Assembly: GCA_942493095.1 (NCBI GenBank)
Contig: OW818675.1
Span: forward strand, 3,000,001 to 3,032,000
Direction of reading: 5' to 3'
Source: Candidatus Electronema halotolerans
GTDB lineage: Bacteria; Desulfobacterota; Desulfobulbia; Desulfobulbales; Desulfobulbaceae
Length of the DNA: 32,000 bases
Shown here piece by piece: positions 16,595-24,886 of this stretch (the stretch's first letter is position 1; every line of letters begins with the position of its first letter). The notes under the pieces were generated by a model. The model had not been told where the DNA came from. It did not search any database and saw nothing but the letters and a program-made list of their open reading frames with translations. A program made the translations under genes and the position numbers.

Positions 16595-17234
16595 TCTGTT
16601 AGGTAAACCCCCGGCTCTGCCGGGGGACTAAAACAGTTTGACATTTCCTGAATAATACAGAAGTCTCCGTTCTCGTGGACCGCTCAAAGTCGCGAGAAGG
16701 AGACTTCAATGAACAACATAGCCAGTTTAAGTCACTCGAAATGGGAATGCAAGTACCATGTGGTCTGGATTCCGAAATACCGGAGAAAATCTCTCTATTT
16801 GCAGCTCAGAAGACACCTCGGTGAGGTTTTTCATGATCTTGCCCGTCAAAAAGAGAGCAAGATTCTGGAAGGTCATCTTCAGCCTGATCATGTCCATATG
16901 CTGATCGCAATCCCTCCGAAATATGCCGTCGCGCCAGTGATCAGCTACATGAAGGGAAAGAGCGCCATTCACATCGCCCGTGTTTACCTCGGACAAAGGA
17001 GAAACTACGGAGGCATGAGTTTCCAGGCACGAGGTTATTTTGTTTCAACTGTCGGAGTTGATGAACAAGTTGTCCGAAACTACATCCGCGAGCAGAAACG
17101 AGAGGACAAGCGTATCAAGCAGTTGTCGTTATTCCGATAGGAGACTGCCGAATGGCAGTCAGTAAATCTTTTTAACATGCCGCTTTGAGCGGCCCACAAA
17201 CTAAAGCCACCGGTTTTACCGGTGGATACTTACT
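16595..17234 (+). mobile_element. IS200-type element (IS200/IS605 family, tnpA only), about 640 bp
   Basis: Boundaries (+/-2 nt) were inferred by aligning the interrupted csp leader (..CATTGAATAATT | ... | CAAGCAGCGCG..) with the intact paralogous leader at 17955-17980 (..CATTGAATGATTCAAGCAGTGCG..). The left end has the hairpin CCCCCGGC-TCTG-CCGGGGG. The right end has hairpins GCCGCTTTGAGCGGC and CCACCGGTTTTACCGGTGG. There are no terminal IRs and no target duplication, as expected for this family. Confidence 0.85.
16709..17140 (+). CDS. tnpA: IS200/IS605-family Y1 (HUH) transposase TnpA
   Basis: 143 aa with KYHVVWIPKYRRK, HUH motif DHVHMLI and the catalytic-Tyr region RGYFVSTVG. Strong RBS GAAGGAGA. 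Confidence 0.92.
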   Translation: MNNIASLSHSKWECKYHVVWIPKYRRKSLYLQLRRHLGEVFHDLARQKESKILEGHLQPDHVHMLIAIPPKYAVAPVISYMKGKSAIHIARVYLGQRRNYGGMSFQARGYFVSTVGVDEQVVRNYIREQKREDKRIKQLSLFR

Positions 17235-17280
17235 CAAGCAGCGCGAAAATTGCACCGCGAACAGCAAGGAGGAGTAGAAA

Positions 17281-17484
17281 ATGGCAGAAGGCACAGTGAA
17301 GTGGTTCAATGAGAGTAGGGGAATAGGTTATATTACGCCAGACGATGGCAGTAGAGATGTTTTTGTTCATTCCAGCGCAATCCAAACCGAAGGATTGAAA
17401 ACACTGCGGGAAGGACAGCGGGTGGATTTTAAGCAGTCTGATGGCCCCAAAGGGCCAACCGCAGATAACGTGTTCGTGCTGTAA
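17281..17484 (+). CDS. cspA: cold-shock protein (CspA family), copy 1
   Basis: 67 aa: [34 protein letters not shown], carrying the RNP1/RNP2 motifs. RBS AAGGAGG. Confidence 0.93.
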   Translation: MAEGTVKWFNESRGIGYITPDDGSRDVFVHSSAIQTEGLKTLREGQRVDFKQSDGPKGPTADNVFVL

Positions 17485-17522
17485 AAAAATACATTGGTGC
17501 TGGTCGCGGTGAATTGTCCGCC

Positions 17523-17760
17523 AGCAGCCTTTGGCAGGCCTGTCACCGCCACCAGTGCCAATTGCTCCGGTCAGCCAGCAGCAGTGACAGCGGCAGAAGT
17601 GCAAGAAATTTTCGGCAGTCAGATCGACCTGATCCTTGACGGCGGCATAACACCGGGCGGCCTGAGTTCCACCCTGATCGGCTGCGACGAGCACGGGCGG
17701 CTGCGCTGCCTGCGCAAGGGCAGAATTCCTTGGCCGACAGAGGCACCTGTCCCTCTCTGA
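17523..17760 (+). pseudogene. duplicated 3' fragment of tsaC (C-terminal ~78 codons, no N-terminal catalytic part)
   Basis: Translation AAFGRPVTATSANCSGQPAAVTAAEVQEIFGSQIDLILDGGITPGGLSSTLIGCDEHGRLRCLRKGRIPW aligns colinearly with TsaC residues from about 126 to the end. It stops at the equivalent TGA. The similarity continues downstream into the csp promoter and leader. Confidence 0.85.
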
Positions 17761-17789
17761 AAATATTTTTTCAGGTCAGCAGAAAAAAC

Positions 17790-17818
17790 TTGCGCGGCGG
17801 CCAAGATCAGCATACTAT
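17790..17818 (+). promoter_or_regulatory. sigma70-like promoter of the second csp unit
   Basis: TTGCGC (17790-17795), a 17-nt spacer, then TACTAT (17813-17818), paralogous to 16446-16475. It predicts a leader of about 180 nt before the ATG at 18007. Confidence 0.5.
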
Positions 17819-18006
17819 AGAGTCATGTTGTGCAGTCACTCTTTCAGCTTGCGAATTACAGAATCAGCCGCACAGACCTCCAACATTGAGGGTGCGGTTT
17901 TTTTTGTTTGGGCGGAGAGCGGCTGCCTGTCGGCAGTTTTTCTTTTTCTGTCGGCATTGAATGATTCAAGCAGTGCGGCAATTGCGCTGCGAACAGCAAG
18001 GAGCAG

Positions 18007-18213
18007 TTGGAAATGGCTGAAGGCACAGTAAAGTGGTTCAACGATGCCAAGGGATTCGGTTTTATTCAGCAGGATGGGGGACAGGATGTCTTTGTTCACC
18101 ACAGCGCAATTGAGGCCGATGGATTCAGAACGCTGCCGGAAGGTGCGCGGGTCTCTTTTGATGTGGTCAACGGCCCCAAAGGTCTGGCCGCAGAAAAAGT
18201 GATCGTGCTCTGA
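18007..18213 (+). CDS. cspA: cold-shock protein (CspA family), copy 2
   Basis: 68 aa: [33 protein letters not shown].. RBS AAGGAG. Confidence 0.93.
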   Translation: MEMAEGTVKWFNDAKGFGFIQQDGGQDVFVHHSAIEADGFRTLPEGARVSFDVVNGPKGLAAEKVIVL

Positions 18214-18334
18214 GCGCATTTTTTTGGAGCGCAAGAAAAACGGTGACTTGCCCGCTATCTGTCTCTGGCGGCTTAGGGAGTTATAAAACAAACAGCGCGG
18301 CAATCGCGCTGCGAACAGCAAGGAGCAGCAGGAA

Positions 18335-18541
18335 ATGGCAGAAGGCACAGTAAAGTGGTTCAACGATGCCAAGGGCTATGGTTTCATCCAGCAGGAGGAC
18401 GGCGGCCCGGATGTTTTTGTCCATCACAGTGCCATCCAATCTCAGGGATTCAGAACCCTGAAAGAGGGCGCACGGGTGAGCTTTGAGGTTGTTGACGGGC
18501 CTAAAGGTCCGGCTGCGGATCAAGTGATGCCGCTCAAATAG
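18335..18541 (+). CDS. cspA: cold-shock protein (CspA family), copy 3
   Basis: 68 aa: [34 protein letters not shown].. RBS AAGGAG. Confidence 0.93.
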   Translation: MAEGTVKWFNDAKGYGFIQQEDGGPDVFVHHSAIQSQGFRTLKEGARVSFEVVDGPKGPAADQVMPLK

Positions 18542-18564
18542 TCACGGTCCTGTGCAGCATTGAA

Positions 18565-18596
18565 AGACCCCGTATTGACTGCGGGGTCTTTTTTTT
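18565..18596 (+). terminator. rho-independent terminator after the csp array
   Basis: AGACCCCG / CGGGGTCT stem with loop TATTGACTG, followed by a T8 run. Confidence 0.8.
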
Positions 18597-18629
18597 ATGT
18601 TTATCCACCACATCAGCAAGGAGCATTCT

Positions 18630-18773
18630 TTGGCCAAGACAAACTATTCTTTTGAAAAAAGAAAAAAGGAACTGGCGAAAAAAAAGAAGAAGGAAGAAAA
18701 ACAGCAGCAGAAGCTGGAACGGAAGAAAGAACCAGACAAGACCAGCGAGGAAGTTTTGATCCAGACGGAATAA
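18630..18773 (+). CDS. small Lys/Glu-rich protein (47 aa, TTG start), not in the ORF track
   Basis: AAGGAG lies 6 nt before the TTG at 18630. The frame reads (M)AKTNYSFEKRKKELAKKKKKEEKQQQKLERKKEPDKTSEEVLIQTE*. It resembles small basic proteins I recall in deltaproteobacterial genomes, which is recollection only. The track's antisense ORF 18644-18838 is a low-complexity shadow. Confidence 0.45.
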   Translation: MAKTNYSFEKRKKELAKKKKKEEKQQQKLERKKEPDKTSEEVLIQTE

Positions 18774-18896
18774 GGATCAAAGTTTTCCAGCATGGCGCAA
18801 TGCGACAAGAAACAGCGCCTGCTGGTTTGATGTCGCATCTCTCCTTCTTCCCTCTGTCATCGTTTCAAACGGGAAACATTTTCACACAGCATCGTC

Positions 18897-20507
18897 ATGA
18901 TCACTGCAAGCAATATTGCCCTTTCTTATGGCAAACGAATTATCTTTAAAGATGTCAATATCAAATTCACGCCCGGCAACTGCTACGGTCTGATCGGGGC
19001 CAACGGCGCAGGCAAGTCAACCTTCCTGAAAATTCTCTCCGGCCAGCTGGAGGCGGATAAGGGAGACATTATTGTGGATTCGGGCAAGCGGATCGCGGTG
19101 CTCAGTCAGGATCAGTTCGCTTTTGATGAGCATTCGGTTTTGGACACAGTCATCATGGGCCACAAAGAACTGTACCAGATCAAGGCCGAGCGCGAGACCA
19201 TCTATGCCAAGGCTGAATTCACCGAGGAGGACGGCATTCGCTCCGGCGAGCTGGAAGTGCTCTTCGGCGAGATGAACGGCTACGAGGCTGAATCTGAGGC
19301 CGCAGTGCTGCTCAACGGCGTGGGCATTGGCGAGGAGCTGCGCCAGAAAAAAATGAAGGAGCTGGAAGGCACGGACAAGGTGCGGGTGCTGCTGGCGCAG
19401 GCTCTGTTTGGCAACCCGGATATTCTTCTGCTCGACGAGCCGACCAACCAGCTTGACATCGCCACCATCACCTGGCTGGAGAACTTCCTGACTCGCTTCC
19501 AGAACACGGTCATCATTGTCTCGCATGACCGTCACTTCCTCAATCAGGTCTGCACCCATACCGCAGATATTGACTATGGCAAGATTCAGGTCTATGTTGG
19601 CAACTATGATTTCTGGCAGCAGGCCAGTCAGCTCCAGTTCCGGCAGAAGGAGATGGAAAACAAGAAAATGAAGGCTAAGGAGCAGGATTTGAAGGACTTT
19701 ATCCGCCGTTTCAGCTCCAATGCCTCCAAGGCCAAGCAGGCCACCTCGCGCAAAAAGCTCTTGGAAAAGCTGACCATTGAGGACATGCCGCTTTCCTCGC
19801 GCAAATATCCTTACATTGATTTCAAGCCGGAGCGGCCCTGCGGCGACATCATTTTGGAAATCGAGGGACTGAGCAAGACGGTTGACGGCGTGACCATGTT
19901 CAAGGATTTCAGCCTCAGTGTTGGCAAAGGTGACAAGATCGCTTTTGCTGGCTCCAACGGTTTGGCCAAGACCACCCTGTTTCAGATTCTGGCCGGAGAG
20001 CTGGAGCCGGATGAGGGCACAGTGCGCTGGGGCGTGACCATCACCCCTTCTTATTTTCCCAAAGAGAACACCAAGTATTTTCAAGACAAGGGCATGGACA
20101 TTGTCACGTGGCTGCGCCAGTACGCCCCGCCGCAGGAGACTGAGAGCTTTGTCCGGGGCTTTCTGGGCCGGATGCTCTTTTCCGGCGAAGAGGCCCTGAA
20201 AAAGGTTTCTGTCCTTTCCGGCGGCGAGCGGGTGCGCTGCATGTTGTCGCGGATGATGCTGTCCGGGGCCAATGTCCTGATTCTTGATGAACCAACCAAC
20301 CATCTTGACCTCGAATCCATCACTTCGTTGAACAACGCCCTGACCGCCTACCCGGAAGCAGTGCTTTTTGCCTCGCATGATCATCAGCTTGTCTCCACCG
20401 TGGCCAACCGGATCATTGAAATCTTCCCGGATCAGATTGTGGACGAGCGGATGAGCTTTGACGACTATTTGACCACCCGCTGCGGCTTGGAGCTGGAAGC
20501 AGCCTGA
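18897..20507 (+). CDS. ybiT: ABC-F family ATPase (YbiT-like, two ABC cassettes, no TM domain)
   Basis: 536 aa. MITASNIALSYGKRIIFKDVNIKF..GLIGANGAGKSTFLKIL closely parallels the E. coli YbiT N-terminus. The second cassette has GSNGLAKTT, LSGGERVR and ILDEPTNHLD, and an inter-domain linker is present. Confidence 0.88.
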   Translation: MITASNIALSYGKRIIFKDVNIKFTPGNCYGLIGANGAGKSTFLKILSGQLEADKGDIIVDSGKRIAVLSQDQFAFDEHSVLDTVIMGHKELYQIKAERETIYAKAEFTEEDGIRSGELEVLFGEMNGYEAESEAAVLLNGVGIGEELRQKKMKELEGTDKVRVLLAQALFGNPDILLLDEPTNQLDIATITWLENFLTRFQNTVIIVSHDRHFLNQVCTHTADIDYGKIQVYVGNYDFWQQASQLQFRQKEMENKKMKAKEQDLKDFIRRFSSNASKAKQATSRKKLLEKLTIEDMPLSSRKYPYIDFKPERPCGDIILEIEGLSKTVDGVTMFKDFSLSVGKGDKIAFAGSNGLAKTTLFQILAGELEPDEGTVRWGVTITPSYFPKENTKYFQDKGMDIVTWLRQYAPPQETESFVRGFLGRMLFSGEEALKKVSVLSGGERVRCMLSRMMLSGANVLILDEPTNHLDLESITSLNNALTAYPEAVLFASHDHQLVSTVANRIIEIFPDQIVDERMSFDDYLTTRCGLELEAA

Positions 20508-20509
20508 CA

Positions 20510-21961
20510 ATGATCAAAGCATTGCTCGCCAGAACCGGAAAAAAACTCCGTCAGCTTGTCCGGGGGAAGAAAAAACGTCAGCCTGAAACGGTTGGCAAAC
20601 AGGAAGAGAAGCTGCTGCGGAAAACAGCGCAGCCAGTTGCACGGCCTCAGCAGGTGCCAGCAGAGCGGCAGGAACGCCGCCGCAGACCGGATCGACCAAC
20701 AAAGCCGAAATGGACGCTGGAGCAGTTTCCAGTTGATCCGGTGGCAGGCAAGAGCCGTTTTCATGATTTTTCCCTGCCCCTGGCTCTGATGCACGCCATT
20801 GCTGATCTTGACTTCAAATATTGCAGTCCGATTCAGGAACAAGCTCTGCCCAGCGCGCTGGAAGGCAAGGACCTGATTGCCAGGGCTGGCACCGGCACCG
20901 GCAAAAGCGCGGTCTTCCTCATCGCCCTGTTCACCCGCCTGCTCAAGGAGCAGCAGCCCCTGCGCCAGCCGGGCCTGCCCCGCGCCCTGATCATCGCCCC
21001 GACCAGAGAATTGGTCATGCAGATCACCAAGGACGGACAAGCCTTGGCCAAATACACTCAGCTGCGCGTTGTCGCGGTCTATGGCGGCACTGATTTCCAG
21101 AAGCAGGAGCAGCAGCTCAGACAGGGCACGGCAGATGTGATCGTGGCCACGCCAGGCCGTTTGTTGGACTATGTGTCGCGCAAGGCGGTCAGTTTGGCTC
21201 AGGCCAAGATCATGGTGCTTGACGAGGCCGACCGGATGCTGGACATGGGCTTCATCCCGGACGTGCGTCGGATCATGGGCCAGCTTCCAGCCAAGGAGCA
21301 GCGGCAGACCCTGCTTTTCTCGGCCACGGTCAATGAGGATGTCCGGCGGCTGGCCGCGCAGTGGTGCGTCAAGCCGGTTTATATTGAAAGCGACCCAGAG
21401 CAGGTGGCAGTGGACACGGTGGAGCAAGTCATCTACACTGTCACCAGCGAGGAAAAATACACGGTGCTCTACAACCTGATCAGCAGCCAGGAGCACGCCC
21501 GGATCATGGTTTTCACCAACATGAAGAGCGAGGCGGCCCGACTGCACGAGCGGCTGCGGGCCAATGGCATCCAAGCTGTGCTGCTGACCGGCGACGTGCC
21601 CCAGCAGAAGCGCATGGCCCGCTTGGAGCAGTTCCGGGGCGGTGACACCGAGGTGATGATCGCCACGGACGTGGCAGGCCGGGGCATCCATATTGACGGC
21701 ATCAGCCATGTGGTCAACTACACCCTGCCCTATGAGCCGGAGGATTATGTTCACCGCATCGGCAGGACAGGCCGGGCTGGAGAGAGCGGCATTGCCATCA
21801 GCTTTGCCTGCGAGGAAGGGGCCTTTCATTTGCCAGCGATAGAAGAATATATCGGCAAGGCACTGCCCTGCCTGCCGCCGGAAGAGGAGCTGCTGGCTCC
21901 GCCGCCCGAACCTGCGCCAGCATCATCTGTCCGCCCGAAAAAAAGACGGCGGCGAAGATAA
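20510..21961 (+). CDS. rhlB: DEAD-box ATP-dependent RNA helicase (RhlB-like) with basic N- and C-terminal tails
   Basis: 483 aa with the Q-motif region FHDF.L...CSPIQ, AGTGTGKS, PTRELV, DEAD, SAT and HRIGRTGRAG. The C-terminal part (LTGDVPQQKR...ATDVAGRGIHI..ISHVVNY.LP...EDYVHRIGRTGRAGESG.AISFACEE.A..LPAIEEYIG) is close to E. coli RhlB. It starts 2 nt after ybiT. Confidence 0.85.
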   Translation: MIKALLARTGKKLRQLVRGKKKRQPETVGKQEEKLLRKTAQPVARPQQVPAERQERRRRPDRPTKPKWTLEQFPVDPVAGKSRFHDFSLPLALMHAIADLDFKYCSPIQEQALPSALEGKDLIARAGTGTGKSAVFLIALFTRLLKEQQPLRQPGLPRALIIAPTRELVMQITKDGQALAKYTQLRVVAVYGGTDFQKQEQQLRQGTADVIVATPGRLLDYVSRKAVSLAQAKIMVLDEADRMLDMGFIPDVRRIMGQLPAKEQRQTLLFSATVNEDVRRLAAQWCVKPVYIESDPEQVAVDTVEQVIYTVTSEEKYTVLYNLISSQEHARIMVFTNMKSEAARLHERLRANGIQAVLLTGDVPQQKRMARLEQFRGGDTEVMIATDVAGRGIHIDGISHVVNYTLPYEPEDYVHRIGRTGRAGESGIAISFACEEGAFHLPAIEEYIGKALPCLPPEEELLAPPPEPAPASSVRPKKRRRRR

Positions 21962-21984
21962 CCGCTTCATGGAGGAGGAAAAAT

Positions 21985-22230
21985 ATGGCAGCATTGCTTG
22001 TTCACCTGCTGATTGGCGCCTTGGCTGGCTGGCTGGCCGGAAAGCTGATGAAAGGGGCGGGCTTCGGCCTGCTCGGCAACATGGCGGTCGGCATTCTCGG
22101 CGCAGTCATTGGCGGCTGGGTCTTCAGCCTGCTCGGCATCTCGGTCGAGCACGGCTTCATTGGCTCGCTGATCACTGCGGTGGCTGGAGCCTCGCTGCTC
22201 TTGGCTGCGGTCAAGCTGATCAAAAAATAA
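21985..22230 (+). CDS. GlsB/YeaQ/YmgE-family small membrane stress protein
   Basis: 81 aa, Gly-rich with TM helices: LLIGALAGWLAGKLMKG.GFGLLGNMAVGILGAVIGGW. RBS GGAGGA. Confidence 0.85.
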   Translation: MAALLVHLLIGALAGWLAGKLMKGAGFGLLGNMAVGILGAVIGGWVFSLLGISVEHGFIGSLITAVAGASLLLAAVKLIKK

Positions 22231-22271
22231 GAGGAGGCTGGCCTCTGCCGCCGTCTCCGGCAAGTTCCTGC

Positions 22272-22301
22272 TTGACGCTCCAGCAGAAACGATGCTACAA
22301 T
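22272..22301 (+). promoter_or_regulatory. sigma70-like promoter upstream of yqgE/algH
   Basis: TTGACG (22272-22277), an 18-nt spacer, then TACAAT (22296-22301). Confidence 0.45.
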
Positions 22302-22324
22302 AAAGGTATAAGGAGGCAGAACAA

Positions 22325-22876
22325 ATGGAGAACCTGACTGGACATTTCCTTATCGCCACACCGCAGATGCCTGACCCGCGCTTCCGGGAGCAGGTGATCT
22401 ACATCTGCGCGCACAGCCGGGAAGGGGCAATGGGTGTTTCCATCAACAATCCCAGCCAGGAGATCACCATGATGGAAATCCTTCTCAGCACCAATATTCC
22501 CCTGCCGCAGGGGCCGCTGCCGCCGGTTTACACGGGCGGACCAGTGGAGATGGAATCTGGTTTCATCCTTTACAGCTCTGAACGACCAATCGGCAGCGGT
22601 CTGGCCGTCACGTCCAACATCGGCCTGTCCCGCGAATCCAAGCTGCTGGAGGAGATCAGCAAAGGGCAGGGGCCGACGGACTATCTCTTTCTCCTTGGCT
22701 ATGCGGGCTGGGGACCAGGGCAGTTGGAAATGGAGCTGTTGGACAACTCCTGGCTGACTGTGCCGGGCGACAGCAGCGTCCTCTTCCACACCCCGGACGA
22801 GTTCAAGTGGAAAAGCGCAGCCCGCCGCTTTGGCATCGACATTTCCATGTTCAGCAGCGTGGTTGGCAATGCCTGA
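22325..22876 (+). CDS. yqgE: YqgE/AlgH family protein (UPF0301)
   Basis: 183 aa. LTGHFLIATPQMPDPRFREQVIYICAHSREGAMGVSINNP is the family's characteristic N-terminus. RBS AAGGAGG. Confidence 0.88.
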   Translation: MENLTGHFLIATPQMPDPRFREQVIYICAHSREGAMGVSINNPSQEITMMEILLSTNIPLPQGPLPPVYTGGPVEMESGFILYSSERPIGSGLAVTSNIGLSRESKLLEEISKGQGPTDYLFLLGYAGWGPGQLEMELLDNSWLTVPGDSSVLFHTPDEFKWKSAARRFGIDISMFSSVVGNA

Positions 22877-22911
22877 TGCTGTAGCAGGGCAGGAAGACAA
22901 AACAGCATGAG

Positions 22912-22941
22912 GCGGCCTGCGCAAGGCCGCTTCTTTTTTTT
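22912..22941 (+). terminator. rho-independent terminator after yqgE
   Basis: GCGGCC-TGCGCAA-GGCCGC hairpin followed by TTCTTTTTTTT. Confidence 0.75.
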
Positions 22942-22995
22942 GAGGAGGCGGAATGATTCCGCCTTTGCAAATTTCAGCACAGCAAGGAGGGATTC

Positions 22996-23811
22996 ATGCG
23001 ATTGAAATTTCTTTTTTTCCTGCTCTCAGGATGGGTTTTTCTCATGCCAAATCTGGCAGGAGCGCAGCAGGTCAGTGTTGATATTGTCTCTGACCGAGGC
23101 TGGACCTTTCCCGCCTATCCAGCCAGTTCCAACGACGGCAGCACCCGGGCCTATCTTGAGGCCAAAAAAAATGCCCGCTACGGCATCCGCATCAGAAACA
23201 ACACCAGCCGCCGGGTCGGGGTGCTTGTGGCTGTGGATGGCCGCAACATCATTTCCGGCAGCAAGTCTTATCTGCGCAGCTCAGAGCAGATGTACCTGCT
23301 CAATCCTTATGAGGAGCGCACCTACGAAGGCTGGCGTACCGGTCGAGACAGAATCAACCGCTTTTATTTCACCGAGGAAGGCGATTCCTATGCAGGCGCA
23401 TGGGATGACTACAGCGCAATGGGCGTGATCGCGGTTGCGGTTTTCCCTGAGAAAATGCCGCCGCCTGTCTATGACCGTTACAGCTCCGCGCCGGGTGGCG
23501 GCAGAGACAGCAGCCGGAGAAGCTACAGCAGGAATGCGCCTGCCGCTGCTGCCATGGAAGCTGCGCCCGGCACTGGTTATGGCGAGGAGGAACATTCTTC
23601 CTCAGAACGGGTCTATGATTTCAAGCCGCAGCCGCATCCGGCGGAAAAATATCTGTTCAAATACGAATGGCGGGAAACCCTGTGCCGCAAGCACATCATC
23701 TCCTGCCGGCCTGAGCCGCCGCCCAGAGACGGAAACCGTATCTGGCATGACGATGACGGCTATGCCCCGCCGCCGCCGCCCAGACGGGATCGCGAATACT
23801 GGCGCAGATAA
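22996..23811 (+). CDS. exported hypothetical protein with a Pro/Arg-rich C-terminus
   Basis: 271 aa with signal peptide MRLKFLFFLLSGWVFLMPNLAGA and RBS AAGGAGG. I recognise no family. The beta-rich N-terminal half has RYGIRIRNNTSRRVGVLVAVDGRNIISG. Confidence 0.6.
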   Translation: MRLKFLFFLLSGWVFLMPNLAGAQQVSVDIVSDRGWTFPAYPASSNDGSTRAYLEAKKNARYGIRIRNNTSRRVGVLVAVDGRNIISGSKSYLRSSEQMYLLNPYEERTYEGWRTGRDRINRFYFTEEGDSYAGAWDDYSAMGVIAVAVFPEKMPPPVYDRYSSAPGGGRDSSRRSYSRNAPAAAAMEAAPGTGYGEEEHSSSERVYDFKPQPHPAEKYLFKYEWRETLCRKHIISCRPEPPPRDGNRIWHDDDGYAPPPPPRRDREYWRR

Positions 23812-23863
23812 TTTTTTTTCCACATCCAACGGAGGCAGCAGAAGCTGTCTCCGCTTCGTTTTC

Positions 23864-23892
23864 TTGCCTGAGCAGCGCAAAATTTGTATAGT
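23864..23892 (+). promoter_or_regulatory. sigma70-like promoter upstream of kdsA
   Basis: TTGCCT (23864-23869), a 17-nt spacer, then TATAGT (23887-23892). Confidence 0.4.
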
Positions 23893-24034
23893 GCCGGAGC
23901 CGTATAATTTGAGCGTTCTTTCTGCCGTCGTAGCTATACAATATCGGGGCGGGCGGGCCACCACAAGGGGCCGCTCTTACGGGAAAGAGCATCTGCCGCA
24001 GCCGAACAAATTCTGATCAGAGCATCCTTTATTT

Positions 24035-24886
24035 ATGAAATTGGTTGACATCAACACCCTGCCGGGCAGCAGGCCCATTCTTGTCGGTCCCGGCCAGCCG
24101 CTGCTGCTGATAGCAGGCCCCTGCGTCTTGGAATCCGGCGATCTCTGCTGGAACGTTGCCTGGGAGATGAAGGCGGTCTGCGAACGGCTGGGCATTTCTT
24201 ACGTTTTCAAGGCATCTTTTGACAAGGCCAACCGCACCTCGCTGAACTCCTTCCGAGGCCCTGGGCTGAAAAAAGGGCTGCGCCAGCTCTGCCGCATCCG
24301 CCAGGAAATCAAAGTGCCAGTGCTCTCTGATGTTCATGAGAGCAACCAGATTGATCTGGCGATGGAGTGCTTGGACATCATTCAAATTCCCGCCTTTCTC
24401 TGCCGCCAGACTGACCTGCTGGCCGCAGCGGCCAAATCAGGTCGGCCCGTGAATTTGAAAAAAGGCCAGTTCCTCTCCCCGTGGGACATGAAACATGCAG
24501 TTGACAAAGTGCGGGCGGCTGGCAACGAGCGCATCCTGCTCACTGAACGGGGTTCCTGTTTTGGCTACAACAATTTGGTCGTTGACATGCGCTCCCTGCC
24601 CGTGATGCGTTCCTTTGGCTGTCCGGTGATTTTTGACGCAACCCATTCGGTCCAGCTGCCCGGCGGCATGGGCGGCACGTCCGGCGGCCAGCGCAAATTC
24701 ATCCCTGCCCTGACCAGAGCGGCAATGGCTGCCGGAATTGACGGCCTGTTCATGGAAGTGCATCCTGAGCCGGACAAGGCCCTCTGCGATGGCCCCAACA
24801 GCATTCCCTTGGACAAGGTTGAGCCGCTGCTCCGCCAGCTCTTGGAAATCCGCAATGCGGTCAACAAAATCAGCAGCAATGAATGA
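24035..24886 (+). CDS. kdsA: 3-deoxy-8-phosphooctulonate (KDO-8-P) synthase
   Basis: 283 aa with [35 protein letters not shown] and [11 protein letters not shown]. Confidence 0.93.
   Translation: MKLVDINTLPGSRPILVGPGQPLLLIAGPCVLESGDLCWNVAWEMKAVCERLGISYVFKASFDKANRTSLNSFRGPGLKKGLRQLCRIRQEIKVPVLSDVHESNQIDLAMECLDIIQIPAFLCRQTDLLAAAAKSGRPVNLKKGQFLSPWDMKHAVDKVRAAGNERILLTERGSCFGYNNLVVDMRSLPVMRSFGCPVIFDATHSVQLPGGMGGTSGGQRKFIPALTRAAMAAGIDGLFMEVHPEPDKALCDGPNSIPLDKVEPLLRQLLEIRNAVNKISSNE

Noticed and set aside
17836-18372. 178-aa minus-strand ORF (and the similar 17230-17694 ORF)
   Set aside because: These run antisense across csp genes and their leaders. The csp genes on the plus strand are unambiguous.
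19017-20510. 497-aa minus-strand ORF
   Set aside because: It is an antisense shadow of the ABC-F gene, whose plus-strand product has two unmistakable ABC cassettes.
20465-21829. 454-aa minus-strand ORF
   Set aside because: It is an antisense shadow of the DEAD-box helicase gene, with biased composition and no motifs.
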